Program-made: the position numbers and the translations under genes | Virus record (IMG/VR): IMGVR_UViG_3300035498_001143 | Strand: one strand, 5' to 3' | Length of the DNA stretch: 64,000 nt | From: a virus | Taxonomy: Duplodnaviria > Heunggongvirae > Uroviricota > Caudoviricetes | Part shown: positions 9,945-19,440 of the stretch, in pieces | How positions within the stretch are numbered: position 1 is the stretch's first letter | How the letters are laid out: each line of letters begins with the position of its first letter | Notes under the pieces: model-generated | What the model saw: only the letters and a program-made list of their open reading frames with translations | What the model was told of the DNA's origin: nothing | The model's database searches: none

Positions 9945-11270
9945 GGCTGGCGTGAAATTGTTGAAGCTCAAACAAGAGGTTATTATGATGAAGAAGGTAT
10001 TACTGTTAATATCAGTGTAATGAATGATGCTACTGATAGTTCTAATGCTTTAATTAGTGGAGATTTAGATGCAGCAGGTTATACTGTTAATAGATATGCT
10101 TTTTTAATGGATAAATTCAAGCAGAACAATGTTGATGTTGCAATGCCTATTATTATTAATAGAAGTAGTGGTGGTGATGGCATTATTGCTGATGCTGATA
10201 TCAATTCTATTAAAGATTTAGTAGGTAAAAAAGTTGGTGTTCCAAGATTTAGTGAAGCACAAACTTTAGTTGAATGGTTTGTTTCTAAGTCTGATTTAAC
10301 AGACGATGAAAAGAGTAAAATAGAATATGTATATTTTGATACACCTGACGAAGCTGCAAGTGCTTATTTCGCAGGTGAAATAAATGCTGCTGCTACTTGG
10401 CAACCATATTTAGCACAAGCACAAGAAAGTACAGATAGTCATATTCTTATTGATACAAGCAATGCTACAAGCCTTGTATTGGACGGTATTGTGTTTAGAC
10501 AGGATTATCTTGATGTAAATGCTGATACAGTTGAGAAGTTCATTAGAGCTACTTTAAAGGCTTATGATGATTACAACGATACTGATTATACAGCATTAAG
10601 AAATAATATGTCTATGTTTTCAAGTATGAGTGATGAAGAAATTGCTGATACATTACCTGATGCAACATTGTTAAATTGGAATGAAAATATGGAAGTATTA
10701 GCCGATGAAGCTGTTATTCTTTATAGAGATATGTCTAATATCTGGAATGATTTAGGAGAAACAGCTTATCCTGATATGGCAGAACAAGCATTTACTACTA
10801 CATATATGAGTGCTTGTGAAGATTTAAAAACTGCTGATATAAAAACTGTTTCAGTTACAGCAGAACAAAAGGAAGAAGTTAAGAATAACTCAGATAATTA
10901 TGATGCTTTAATAAATGCACAAGCAACAATTAACTTTAAGCCTAATTCAGCAGTATTTGCAGACCAAGAAGAAGCTGCTAAAGCATTAGACGAATTTGTT
11001 GATACGGCAAAAATGCTTGATGGTGCAATTATTATGATTGAGGGTAACTCAGCTAATACAAATGGTGCTACTGAAAATAGTGAGTTTGATATTAAGCTTA
11101 CCGAACAAAGAGCTAAGACTGTTGCTAATTATTTCATCAGTAAAGGTATTGATAATTCAAGATTTATTACAGTTGGTAATGGTATTGGTAATCAGATAGC
11201 TGATAACTCTACAGAAGAAGGTAGAGCTAAGAACAGAAGAACTGATATTAAATTTATTATAGCTGAATAA
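9945..11270 (+). CDS. exon 2 of the SBP-OmpA fusion: SsuA/NMT1-like periplasmic binding domain plus OmpA/MotB peptidoglycan-binding domain
   Basis: GWREIVEAQTRGYYDEEGITVNI matches the conserved N-terminal strand of the NMT1/SsuA fold. The C-terminal 110 aa carry the OmpA_C pattern NFKPNSAVF...LTEQRAKTV..Y...GI...R....G.G......EGRAKNRR. The reading frame is open from 9936. Confidence 0.65.
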   Translation, partial: GWREIVEAQTRGYYDEEGITVNISVMNDATDSSNALISGDLDAAGYTVNRYAFLMDKFKQNNVDVAMPIIINRSSGGDGIIADADINSIKDLVGKKVGVPRFSEAQTLVEWFVSKSDLTDDEKSKIEYVYFDTPDEAASAYFAGEINAAATWQPYLAQAQESTDSHILIDTSNATSLVLDGIVFRQDYLDVNADTVEKFIRATLKAYDDYNDTDYTALRNNMSMFSSMSDEEIADTLPDATLLNWNENMEVLADEAVILYRDMSNIWNDLGETAYPDMAEQAFTTTYMSACEDLKTADIKTVSVTAEQKEEVKNNSDNYDALINAQATINFKPNSAVFADQEEAAKALDEFVDTAKMLDGAIIMIEGNSANTNGATENSEFDIKLTEQRAKTVANYFISKGIDNSRFITVGNGIGNQIADNSTEEGRAKNRRTDIKFIIAE

Positions 11271-11278
11271 TTACTTTA

Positions 11279-11308
11279 AAGACCTGATAATATTTCAGGT
11301 CTTTTTTA
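11279..11308 (+). terminator. rho-independent terminator
   Basis: aagacctga...tcaggtctt plus T6. Confidence 0.6.
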
Positions 11309-11348
11309 TTTTCCTTAAAAGGAGCTAATTAAGTAGGTGAACAAATAA

Positions 11349-11933
11349 ATGTTTGATAAAAAAGCTTTACTCTATACAAAAACAACGATAGTTAATTTTT
11401 TAAGAGGTTATATTTATAATTCTGAAAACTATGCACATTTATTACCTGATAAAATTACTGTTGAAGATATACAAGCAATTAAAGTATATGATGGTACACC
11501 TGATGTACTAACAGACTTTCCTATGGTCGTTATTTCAGGTACAACAGGTAATGTACAGCAATTGGGCTTGGCTGATTTTAAACAAGAGCAGTATAATAAA
11601 TTTGGAGATATAATAGGTTATTTATATGGTGGTAATTATACATTTAGTTTAACAATGGAATGTGCATCTTTAAGTTCTTATATGAATGAATTTTTAGCAG
11701 ATTTCTTAGTTTCTGCGTTAAGAATATATTTATATAGGAAGTTAGAACAAAAGGGTATACTCATTACTCAAATCAATTATAACGGTGATTCCACTGTTAT
11801 GGATAAGAATAATGTAATATATATATCAAATATAGGGTTTTCAACATTTAACCAATGGTCAGAATATATTGATTTACTTGATATTAAAAATGTTACTATT
11901 GATATGGATGTTGAAGATAAGACAAAAAAATAA
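11349..11933 (+). CDS. hypothetical protein
   Basis: ORF with RBS. Confidence 0.4.
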   Translation: MFDKKALLYTKTTIVNFLRGYIYNSENYAHLLPDKITVEDIQAIKVYDGTPDVLTDFPMVVISGTTGNVQQLGLADFKQEQYNKFGDIIGYLYGGNYTFSLTMECASLSSYMNEFLADFLVSALRIYLYRKLEQKGILITQINYNGDSTVMDKNNVIYISNIGFSTFNQWSEYIDLLDIKNVTIDMDVEDKTKK

Positions 11934-11942
11934 ATATTATCA

Positions 11943-11973
11943 GAGAGGAAATTGATTTTTCCTCTCATTTTTT
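11943..11973 (+). terminator. rho-independent terminator
   Basis: gagaggaaa...tttcctctc plus T6. Confidence 0.6.
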
Positions 11974-11999
11974 ATATATTAAAATATAATGAAACAATG

Positions 12000-12028
12000 T
12001 TGACAAACAATAAAAAATATGGTATAAT
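12000..12028 (+). promoter_or_regulatory. sigma70 promoter TTGACA-17-TATAAT
   Basis: Exact consensus. Confidence 0.6.
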
Positions 12029-12052
12029 AAAACATAAATAAGGAAATAGAAA

Positions 12053-13141
12053 ATGAAAATATTGATAAATTTTTTAAATCAAAACAGTAAAGATAAAATT
12101 ATCTCACCTTTTGTTAATTATAAAGATTGTACGGCTACTGATGATAATTTAATTATCCCAGGAATTTTAAAGGTAGATTATTCATCAACAGGTATTAAAT
12201 GTTATTGTTATTCTTTATATATTGCTGAAATTATTATTTCTTCTGTATGTACGGTAAGCGTTTCAGAAGATAATAATAATGGAAATGTTGTATTTCCTAA
12301 TAATTTAGATTCAATTATGTTGGAATGTAATATATTTAGTTTTAATAAAATATTAGAGCTTGCTGTTAATGGTACAACTAATTACATAAATACAGAGAAA
12401 GAACAAATAAAAGCTAATATGTCATTGTCTCAATGGCTTTCTGCTGATATAAATGTTAATAATGGTAAAGCCCTTATTAAACTACAATGTAATAATTATA
12501 ATGTTTCTGTTAGTGATAAATCAGCAAAGGTATTTTGTGATAGAATAAAAGAACATCCTTTAATATTTGCGGATAATTTAAAAAAGTATTTTGATTTTGG
12601 TTCTGAAATAAAGATAGAGCCTAAGATTGAATATGTTTATTTTTATAAAATGCTTAAATCAGATACAGGATATAAAAAGTATTCTAATTTTATTAACGAT
12701 AATAAGGATTTAAATTTTAAATACAATGCAGGTAAAGAATACACTTGTAATTTATCTGATACGGGTAAGATTGAATTTAAACTTGTTGATATAGGAGATA
12801 AATACCCTAAAAGAATTATTTTCCAAACGGGTGAATATGATGATTTGAGTATTTTAAATAAATTAAAAAAATATTTTAATATAAATAATATTTCAATCAT
12901 TGCAAAGGTTAGTAATTTAAAATTATCTTTAGATAGTCTTTTAAATAAATTAAATTTTTATAAGGACGAAGATTTCTTTGTTTTTGCTAATGTAAAGGAT
13001 AATTTAAAAGCTACATATAATATTTATAATAATATTATGAATATTAGACAGGATATAAAAATTGATGAAATAGATACAATAGATAATGAAAAAAATAAAG
13101 TTGAGGAATTAATAGAGGAGTTTGTAAGTTATAATGAATAA
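12053..13141 (+). CDS. hypothetical protein
   Basis: 362-aa ORF, Cys/Asn-rich, no motif recognised. Confidence 0.4.
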   Translation: MKILINFLNQNSKDKIISPFVNYKDCTATDDNLIIPGILKVDYSSTGIKCYCYSLYIAEIIISSVCTVSVSEDNNNGNVVFPNNLDSIMLECNIFSFNKILELAVNGTTNYINTEKEQIKANMSLSQWLSADINVNNGKALIKLQCNNYNVSVSDKSAKVFCDRIKEHPLIFADNLKKYFDFGSEIKIEPKIEYVYFYKMLKSDTGYKKYSNFINDNKDLNFKYNAGKEYTCNLSDTGKIEFKLVDIGDKYPKRIIFQTGEYDDLSILNKLKKYFNINNISIIAKVSNLKLSLDSLLNKLNFYKDEDFFVFANVKDNLKATYNIYNNIMNIRQDIKIDEIDTIDNEKNKVEELIEEFVSYNE

Positions 13142-13161
13142 AATATAAGGAGCTGATATTC

Positions 13162-13674
13162 GTGAAACAATATGTTTATTTTGTAAAAGCAGGTTTTTTA
13201 GGTAAACTTAGTGACGAAATACATTGCGAGTATGATAATTTAAGTTTTGTAATAAATAATGGTAATATATATAAGACAGAATTATTACATCTTAAATTAA
13301 ATAAAAACTTTAATGGAATGACTTTTCATTTAAGTAGAAAATTAAAAGAAAAATTGTTTTTCTTAACTCCAAGAGGTATATCGTTATGTATAGAAAAGAT
13401 TTATATTAAAATAGATAAAAAACATATTAAGAACGAATATCACATTATATTAAAGTATCATAACATTGCATATACACCTATGACAGCTTATCTTGATGAA
13501 AAAATAAGTTTTGCAGAAATGAGAAAAATATATTCTGTATTTAATAAATATGCTAAGAAAGAAAAGTATGTAATATTTAAAACAAGGAGAGAAGCTGTTA
13601 AATATTGTAAAAACTTTAAATTAAAGTTTATTCAAAATATATTGTTAAATACAATAAAAAGAATTGAAATATAA
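13162..13674 (+). CDS. hypothetical protein
   Basis: GTG-start ORF with RBS aaggagctg; a terminator hairpin follows (ccctctctaagg...agaggg). Confidence 0.4.
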   Translation: MKQYVYFVKAGFLGKLSDEIHCEYDNLSFVINNGNIYKTELLHLKLNKNFNGMTFHLSRKLKEKLFFLTPRGISLCIEKIYIKIDKKHIKNEYHIILKYHNIAYTPMTAYLDEKISFAEMRKIYSVFNKYAKKEKYVIFKTRREAVKYCKNFKLKFIQNILLNTIKRIEI

Positions 13675-13808
13675 AAAGTACCCTCTCTAAGGCTCTAAAA
13701 CGCTTTAGAGGGTGTATTTATTTAACAACGAAGAATTACACCTATAAATATTTAAAATGCCATACAGGGCATTTTAAAAACAAATAAAGAGTAAAGGAAG
13801 ATAATAGA

Positions 13809-14147
13809 GTGAAGATTTTAAAAGTAGATGCAAAACCAATAAAGAATTATGAAAATCTATTTGTTTGTCATATAAATCAATTGGATAGCAATTTTACAGA
13901 AACAAATAAATGGTTAAATTGTTTTCTTATTATTCCTAATATAACTACATTAGTAAAGACTAAGAAGAAACATTCAGACCAATATTATTATATAATGATA
14001 CACGATATAGTTAAGTTTAATACATTATGGGCAGGGCTTTTGAATTTAGCAAAACAACCTGTTGTAGTAGATAAGATAGTAAGTAATAAATTAGTAGTAT
14101 GGATTTATAAAAAACTTTACTTTACAAAGGAGGTAACTATTGAATGA
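13809..14147 (+). CDS. hypothetical protein
   Basis: GTG-start ORF. Confidence 0.3.
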   Translation: MKILKVDAKPIKNYENLFVCHINQLDSNFTETNKWLNCFLIIPNITTLVKTKKKHSDQYYYIMIHDIVKFNTLWAGLLNLAKQPVVVDKIVSNKLVVWIYKKLYFTKEVTIE

Positions 14148-14869
14148 TTTATTTAACAGGAGATACACACGGTGATTTTAGAAGAATAATAAAGTATGAT
14201 TTAACTGATAAGGACTATATAATTGTATGTGGTGATTTTGGTATTTGGTATAAAGGTCAAAATTCTACATTTGATTATTTATCAAAATTACCATATAAAA
14301 TATTGTTTGTTGACGGTAATCATTCTAATTTCGATTGGTTAAATGAATTTCCTATTGAAGATTGGAATGGTGGTAAGGTTCAGTTTATAAGAAAAAATAT
14401 TATTCATTTAATGCGTGGTTATGTTTTTACTATTGAGGGTAAAACAATATTTACTTTCGGTGGTGCAAGGTCGGTAGATGTACAGGGTGGTATATTAGAT
14501 AAAAATGACCCTAACTTTAAAAATAAAAAGTTATTTGCAGAGAATACAGGTAGACCTTATAGAATAGACCACGAATCTTGGTGGAAAGAAGAAATGCCTA
14601 ACGAAGAAGAAATGAAACGTGGTATTGATAATCTTAATAAAGTAAATAATAAAGTAGATTATGTAATTACTCACGCTACTTCTGATTGTATATTAAAACA
14701 AATATCGGATTTCTTTACTGATGATTTAATTACTAATTACTTTGCTTTAATAAGAAATAAAATAACTTTTGATAAGTGGTATTTCGGACACTATCATATT
14801 GATGAAAATATTACTGATAAAGATATTTGTTTATATTATAGGATAATAGAATTAGGCGAAAAGCTCTAA
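14144..14869 (+). CDS. calcineurin-like metallophosphoesterase (phage Ser/Thr phosphatase-like)
   Basis: GDTHGD, CGDFG and DGNHSN metal-binding motifs in canonical order. Confidence 0.75.
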   Translation: MIYLTGDTHGDFRRIIKYDLTDKDYIIVCGDFGIWYKGQNSTFDYLSKLPYKILFVDGNHSNFDWLNEFPIEDWNGGKVQFIRKNIIHLMRGYVFTIEGKTIFTFGGARSVDVQGGILDKNDPNFKNKKLFAENTGRPYRIDHESWWKEEMPNEEEMKRGIDNLNKVNNKVDYVITHATSDCILKQISDFFTDDLITNYFALIRNKITFDKWYFGHYHIDENITDKDICLYYRIIELGEKL

Positions 14870-14904
14870 GACTATAATTTTAGAAATATAACTTTTAAAA
14901 AACA

Positions 14905-14933
14905 TTGACAAACTTTGAATAGTGTGATATAAT
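14905..14933 (+). promoter_or_regulatory. sigma70 promoter TTGACA-17-TGnTATAAT
   Basis: Exact consensus. Confidence 0.6.
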
Positions 14934-14970
14934 GCAATGGTAAACAAAATTCAAAAGGAGTGGTGGAAAG

Positions 14971-15399
14971 TTGTATTATATTTTCTATTCAAAGAATTAT
15001 TCGAGAAAGGGTGTCAATGAAGATTTAATTAAACAATCAATGAATGAATTTGTTCTAAGTATTAATGGTTCTATACCTATATATCATTTTTATTCGGATA
15101 ATAAAGATGAAAGTTTAGAGTTTTTACTTAAATTAAATGGATATGATATATCGTACCAAAAACAAGAACCTAATGAACCGTATGAAATTTTTATAAGAAA
15201 AGATTCAAAAATTGTAACTAATCTGCAAGTGACTTGTGAAGATTATTTTTATATTGATGAAATATTATCTAAAAACGATACAATTACAAAAAGTAATTTT
15301 CCAAAAGGATTTCTTGTAAAAGGTTTTAGCGATATAGTTAAGATAGAGAATAAATTTAACAAAGATTGTAATATAGGCTATATGTATGTAGAACAATAA
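14971..15399 (+). CDS. hypothetical protein (TTG start)
   Basis: ORF downstream of the promoter. Confidence 0.35.
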   Translation: MYYIFYSKNYSRKGVNEDLIKQSMNEFVLSINGSIPIYHFYSDNKDESLEFLLKLNGYDISYQKQEPNEPYEIFIRKDSKIVTNLQVTCEDYFYIDEILSKNDTITKSNFPKGFLVKGFSDIVKIENKFNKDCNIGYMYVEQ

Positions 15400-15420
15400 T
15401 AAAAGGTAGGAAAAAATATT

Positions 15421-15792
15421 ATGAGAGAATTAATAGCAGGTATATTAAGTGTTTTATTTTGTGTTGCCGTAGAAGATTTTGCATTTACCTTAATATTTGA
15501 AGTTATAAGAAGAAAGATAAATGTTAAGCGTAAACATACAGTAGTTTTTACTTGTTGTGCTTTATGTGCTTTACTTTATGCTATATGTATGCTTTTTATA
15601 ACTAATGTATATGTGAAATTATTTATATCAGGTATTTTGCTTGCGATTGTAAATATTGTGCATTTAGAGTTTCAGGATATATATATTGAATATAATTGTA
15701 AATTGTCAATAAAGATTTTAACTCAATTAGTAACTTGGGCTATTTTATTTTTATTAACATTATTATTTTTTGCAACACCTATAATTGCATAA
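15421..15792 (+). CDS. small integral membrane protein
   Basis: Four hydrophobic segments. Confidence 0.4.
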   Translation: MRELIAGILSVLFCVAVEDFAFTLIFEVIRRKINVKRKHTVVFTCCALCALLYAICMLFITNVYVKLFISGILLAIVNIVHLEFQDIYIEYNCKLSIKILTQLVTWAILFLLTLLFFATPIIA

Positions 15793-15802
15793 AAAATGTT
15801 TT

Positions 15803-15832
15803 ACCCACGGTGTTTTATCGTGGGTATTTTTA
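15803..15832 (+). terminator. rho-independent terminator
   Basis: acccacgg...cgtgggt plus T run; it overlaps the ORF-track start of the next ORF, whose start is therefore moved to 15856. Confidence 0.5.
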
Positions 15833-15855
15833 TATTTAAAAATAAGGTGATTAAA

Positions 15856-16071
15856 ATGGCAAAAATAATAAAAATGAATAAACGGCAAATAAATATACAA
15901 GATATATTTGAAAAACATCAAGAGCTTTTAGAATTGACTAACAAATTATTTACAGAAGAAAACTTAGAAGATATAAGTATCGAGGTAGAAGAATATTACG
16001 AACAATTAAATATTCTATACGATAAATTATTTAATCTTGGAATAAATGTAGAGATTTATAATAAAAAATAA
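15856..16071 (+). CDS. hypothetical protein
   Basis: ATG with RBS aaggtga. Confidence 0.35.
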   Translation: MAKIIKMNKRQINIQDIFEKHQELLELTNKLFTEENLEDISIEVEEYYEQLNILYDKLFNLGINVEIYNKK

Positions 16072-16141
16072 AATTAGTGTTTAATTTTTCAAAAATTCCT
16101 TTTATATTATAAAAAACCATAAATGAAAGGAAGTTTTAAAA

Positions 16142-16657
16142 ATGGATGAAAATTATAAAATAAAAAACGAAGAAGTATGTAAATGCAATTGTGGTGAAAA
16201 ATTTTCTATAGAAGATATGAATAGTTGGTGGAGAGTGGATAAGAACGACTATTTTGGAGAATGTTGCAAGGAAGTATATAACGCTAATGATATTATTAAT
16301 GTGGAAATTCCTTGTGAGAATAAGGTTGTTATCGTTACATTCGCAGATGGTACTAAGATTAAGACAGTATGTGACGAGCAAGATACATTTACATTAGAGA
16401 TGGCTATTTCTATTGCTATTACTAAAAAGTTACTTGGTGGTACAGGTGCTTATAATAAAGCTATCAAGCAGGGTATAAATGCTTATAAAGATAAAATTAA
16501 AGCAGAAGAAAAACAGGCTGAAAACGATAGAGCTTATTATGCAAGAAAGGCTAAGAAAGAAGCTAAGAGAAAGTTAAAGGAAGAAAAGAAGAGAGAACAG
16601 TTTAAGAATGATTTGAAAGAAGCATTTATTGAAGCATTAAAGACTGTGGAAAAATAA
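16142..16657 (+). CDS. hypothetical Cys-rich protein with Lys-rich tail
   Basis: CKCNCG...ECCK cluster, basic C-terminus. Confidence 0.4.
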   Translation: MDENYKIKNEEVCKCNCGEKFSIEDMNSWWRVDKNDYFGECCKEVYNANDIINVEIPCENKVVIVTFADGTKIKTVCDEQDTFTLEMAISIAITKKLLGGTGAYNKAIKQGINAYKDKIKAEEKQAENDRAYYARKAKKEAKRKLKEEKKREQFKNDLKEAFIEALKTVEK

Positions 16658-16663
16658 TTAGGG

Positions 16664-16939
16664 GTGAATGTAGTGGAAAAAAGAGATGAAGTAATCAATT
16701 ACTACTATAAGAAATTAAAGCAATTACATAAAAGAGCTTTTCCTGAATTGACAGTAGGTCAAGTTATTAGTAAGGCTATTGAATATAATAATTCTTTCTA
16801 TAAGGAAGAACTTACAGATATTGCTGATATGACAGAAGAAGAATTACTTAAATTGTTTGAAACTTTTGCTGATGATTATATTGAAAAAAAGAATACACAA
16901 GTAGAAGAAGTCGAAGATGAGGAAAAGGTGGAAGAATAA
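16664..16939 (+). CDS. hypothetical acidic protein
   Basis: ORF. Confidence 0.35.
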   Translation: MNVVEKRDEVINYYYKKLKQLHKRAFPELTVGQVISKAIEYNNSFYKEELTDIADMTEEELLKLFETFADDYIEKKNTQVEEVEDEEKVEE

Positions 16940-17220
16940 TGAAAGATTCAAAAGAGCAGGTATTTTTTTGTAAGTGCGGTTGCCATAATGGTATATGCTT
17001 TAAGTTTGATTATGATGAAGAATATACTCCTACTTTGAATATTTCTTTGGTAAATGATTTGTTTTATATAAATCAATTAGGATTTTTTAAAAGATTTGTT
17101 GAAAAATTAAAAAAAATATATTGTATTATTTTTAATAAAGAATATTATTACTTTGATATAGTTATCGAAGATGAAGAAATCAATCGTCTAAAGGAAGTAA
17201 TTAAAAGTATAGGAGAATAA
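16939..17220 (+). CDS. hypothetical Cys-rich protein
   Basis: CKCGCHNGIC motif. Confidence 0.35.
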   Translation: MKDSKEQVFFCKCGCHNGICFKFDYDEEYTPTLNISLVNDLFYINQLGFFKRFVEKLKKIYCIIFNKEYYYFDIVIEDEEINRLKEVIKSIGE

Positions 17221-17225
17221 AAGAG

Positions 17226-17453
17226 ATGTCTTTTGATGAATTAAGTTATGAGGAATTAACGGAAAAGTCTATTGAAAAGTCAGATAGATTTGGCAGGTGC
17301 TTTATATGCAGAGGCACAACTAAGTATAAGGATTTTTGTTCTGATTTATATGTTTGTTGTGAAGCTTGTTTAAAAGAAGAACTTAAATGGTTAGAACAAA
17401 ATGAAGATGTTGAAGAAGAAAGCTTTGTAGGAAAAATGAGAAGTTATTATTAA
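17226..17453 (+). CDS. hypothetical zinc-ribbon protein
   Basis: CFICRG...CCEAC. Confidence 0.35.
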   Translation: MSFDELSYEELTEKSIEKSDRFGRCFICRGTTKYKDFCSDLYVCCEACLKEELKWLEQNEDVEEESFVGKMRSYY

Positions 17454-17458
17454 TATTA

Positions 17459-17488
17459 AAGAGGAAGATTAAATTCTTCCTCTTTTTC
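17459..17488 (+). terminator. rho-independent terminator
   Basis: gaggaag...cttcctc plus T5. Confidence 0.6.
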
Positions 17489-17490
17489 TA

Positions 17491-17519
17491 TTGACAAACA
17501 ACAGAAAGTGTGGTATAAT
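17491..17519 (+). promoter_or_regulatory. sigma70 promoter TTGACA-17-TGnTATAAT
   Basis: Exact consensus. Confidence 0.6.
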
Positions 17520-17549
17520 ATACACAAATGAAAAAGGGGTGATTTTGTC

Positions 17550-18011
17550 TTGGCTTTAGAATTATACGATATACGTATGACTATATACAATGAAAAAGAA
17601 AAAGAACAAGTATTTAAAATTATTGATAATTACAATGGAGCTAATTTTAGAAATATTTGTATTGATAAAAATAAACCTGATGAAATCATTAATGAAATAA
17701 ATAACGAATCAGATATAGCGTTTTTATTAAAAATGTTAAGGATAAATATTACTTATCTTTATCAGCTATTCTGTGATTATGAAATATATTATGAATTTGA
17801 TAAAACAAAAATGAAAACATTAAGAGGTGCAGTAGACGATGATTTAATTAGCTTCTCAATGGCTAAAATATTATCTTTTAAGTTACAAAAATATAATAAG
17901 AATAATGATTTTTGCTTTTGTTTTGAAAACATAAAAGATAGAGATAATGCTTTAAGAATTATAGATACATTGGAAAAAAGGAGAAAGAACAATGAAAGAA
18001 AATATAAGTAG
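17550..18011 (+). CDS. hypothetical protein
   Basis: ORF. Confidence 0.35.
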   Translation: MALELYDIRMTIYNEKEKEQVFKIIDNYNGANFRNICIDKNKPDEIINEINNESDIAFLLKMLRINITYLYQLFCDYEIYYEFDKTKMKTLRGAVDDDLISFSMAKILSFKLQKYNKNNDFCFCFENIKDRDNALRIIDTLEKRRKNNERKYK

Positions 18012-18288
18012 ATTTTTAATGAGTAAAGAAATTATAAGATATGAAATACAAGAAATATTAGATGATGAAAAAAACAACTTACCAACTCATATCTTTTTTC
18101 TTCTTAAATATCATTTTGATGAGTGCTATCCTACTTTTGCAATGGAAGCAATAATAAATAATAATGAAGAACGTAAAAGTGAATACTATAACAGCTTTAG
18201 TTCATACAGACAGGTAATTGAAATTTTTAAACGACAACTAAAAACAATGGATATTGAAATCAAAAAAGAACAAAAAGAGGAGGAATGA
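17992..18288 (+). CDS. hypothetical protein
   Basis: ORF. Confidence 0.35.
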   Translation: MKENISRFLMSKEIIRYEIQEILDDEKNNLPTHIFFLLKYHFDECYPTFAMEAIINNNEERKSEYYNSFSSYRQVIEIFKRQLKTMDIEIKKEQKEEE

Positions 18289-18291
18289 AAT

Positions 18292-18462
18292 ATGTCAACA
18301 TATGTAATAATCGGTATATTCTTAATAATTATTGTACATTTTGTAGTGGTATTGATAAATGATATTGTTACTCGCAGATTATCACTAATAAGTATAGGGT
18401 GGCTCTTTTTAATTGTTATGGCTATTGTACTTTATAAAGTAAATCCATTGGGATTATAATAT
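18292..18462 (+). CDS. small two-TM membrane protein (56 aa, below ORF-track cutoff)
   Basis: ATG after RBS aggagg; two hydrophobic helices. Confidence 0.3.
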
Positions 18463-18477
18463 GTGAGGTAAAATAGT

Positions 18478-19038
18478 ATGAATGAAAAAGAAGTATTTGA
18501 GTATTATGAAATTCCATATAGATATCCTTATTTAAATAACGGCTATATTTTTGTAAATTTATATAGCGAAAGAGTTGAAAAAGAATTAGTACAAAAATAT
18601 ATAGACCAACCTCATTATTTAAGAGTTTTAAATAGTAATTTATCTTGTGAAAATAAGATTGATATAATAAAACAAATAACTATGTTATGGAAATTACTTA
18701 ATTTAGATATTAATGATGAATTAGTATTTTTCCAATCTATGTTTTTCTTATTAAAAGTAAATAAAGATTTATATTTTCAAGGTTTTGACGAATACTGTGA
18801 TATAGAACTTTTTATAAAACATTTACCAAGTATTTTGGAAAGCACAAGAAAAAGACGAGAAGAATATATAAACGACTATCAATTTTATACGCTTGATTAT
18901 TCTAAAGACTATGAGTTAAATATAAAATATCAGGTTAATTCAATATTTACTGAATTTTCTAAAATAATAGGTAAAGAACATATAATGATGTATTATAATT
19001 TAACAAAAACTAAATATGATGATATAACGCTTGTTTGA
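18478..19038 (+). CDS. hypothetical protein
   Basis: ORF. Confidence 0.4.
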   Translation: MNEKEVFEYYEIPYRYPYLNNGYIFVNLYSERVEKELVQKYIDQPHYLRVLNSNLSCENKIDIIKQITMLWKLLNLDINDELVFFQSMFFLLKVNKDLYFQGFDEYCDIELFIKHLPSILESTRKRREEYINDYQFYTLDYSKDYELNIKYQVNSIFTEFSKIIGKEHIMMYYNLTKTKYDDITLV

Positions 19039-19086
19039 TTTAAGAAAAATAATTTCATTTTAAAAAAATAAATATATTTTTATATA

Positions 19087-19122
19087 AGTAGGTAAATAAA
19101 ATGTTTACCTACTTATTTTTTT
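19087..19122 (+). terminator. rho-independent terminator
   Basis: aagtaggtaaa...tttacctactt plus T7. Confidence 0.6.
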
Positions 19123-19167
19123 GTGCGTAAATATATTATTAAATTGTTTTATAAGGAGGAAATAATA

Positions 19168-19425
19168 ATGGATATGGACTTACATATTAAAACTTTTAAT
19201 AAATCTCAAATGAACGAGATATTAAAATTATTAGCTTGGATGGAGCTGTGCGGTAACATTGGTCATTGTTCAGATTTTACAGTAAGATTTGATGGCGATG
19301 GTCAAGCTAATTTAAAAGTTAGTTTTGATAATGAAGCTATCCAAAATTCTTATGACGAAATGAGAAGAAAGTTACTTAGACAATATGATGAAAATGGTAA
19401 AGAAACAAAGTTTATTATTGAGTAA
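19168..19425 (+). CDS. hypothetical protein
   Basis: ATG with RBS aaggagga; the ORF-track start at 19123 lies inside the terminator. Confidence 0.4.
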   Translation: MDMDLHIKTFNKSQMNEILKLLAWMELCGNIGHCSDFTVRFDGDGQANLKVSFDNEAIQNSYDEMRRKLLRQYDENGKETKFIIE

Positions 19426-19440
19426 AGGAGGAACAAAGTT

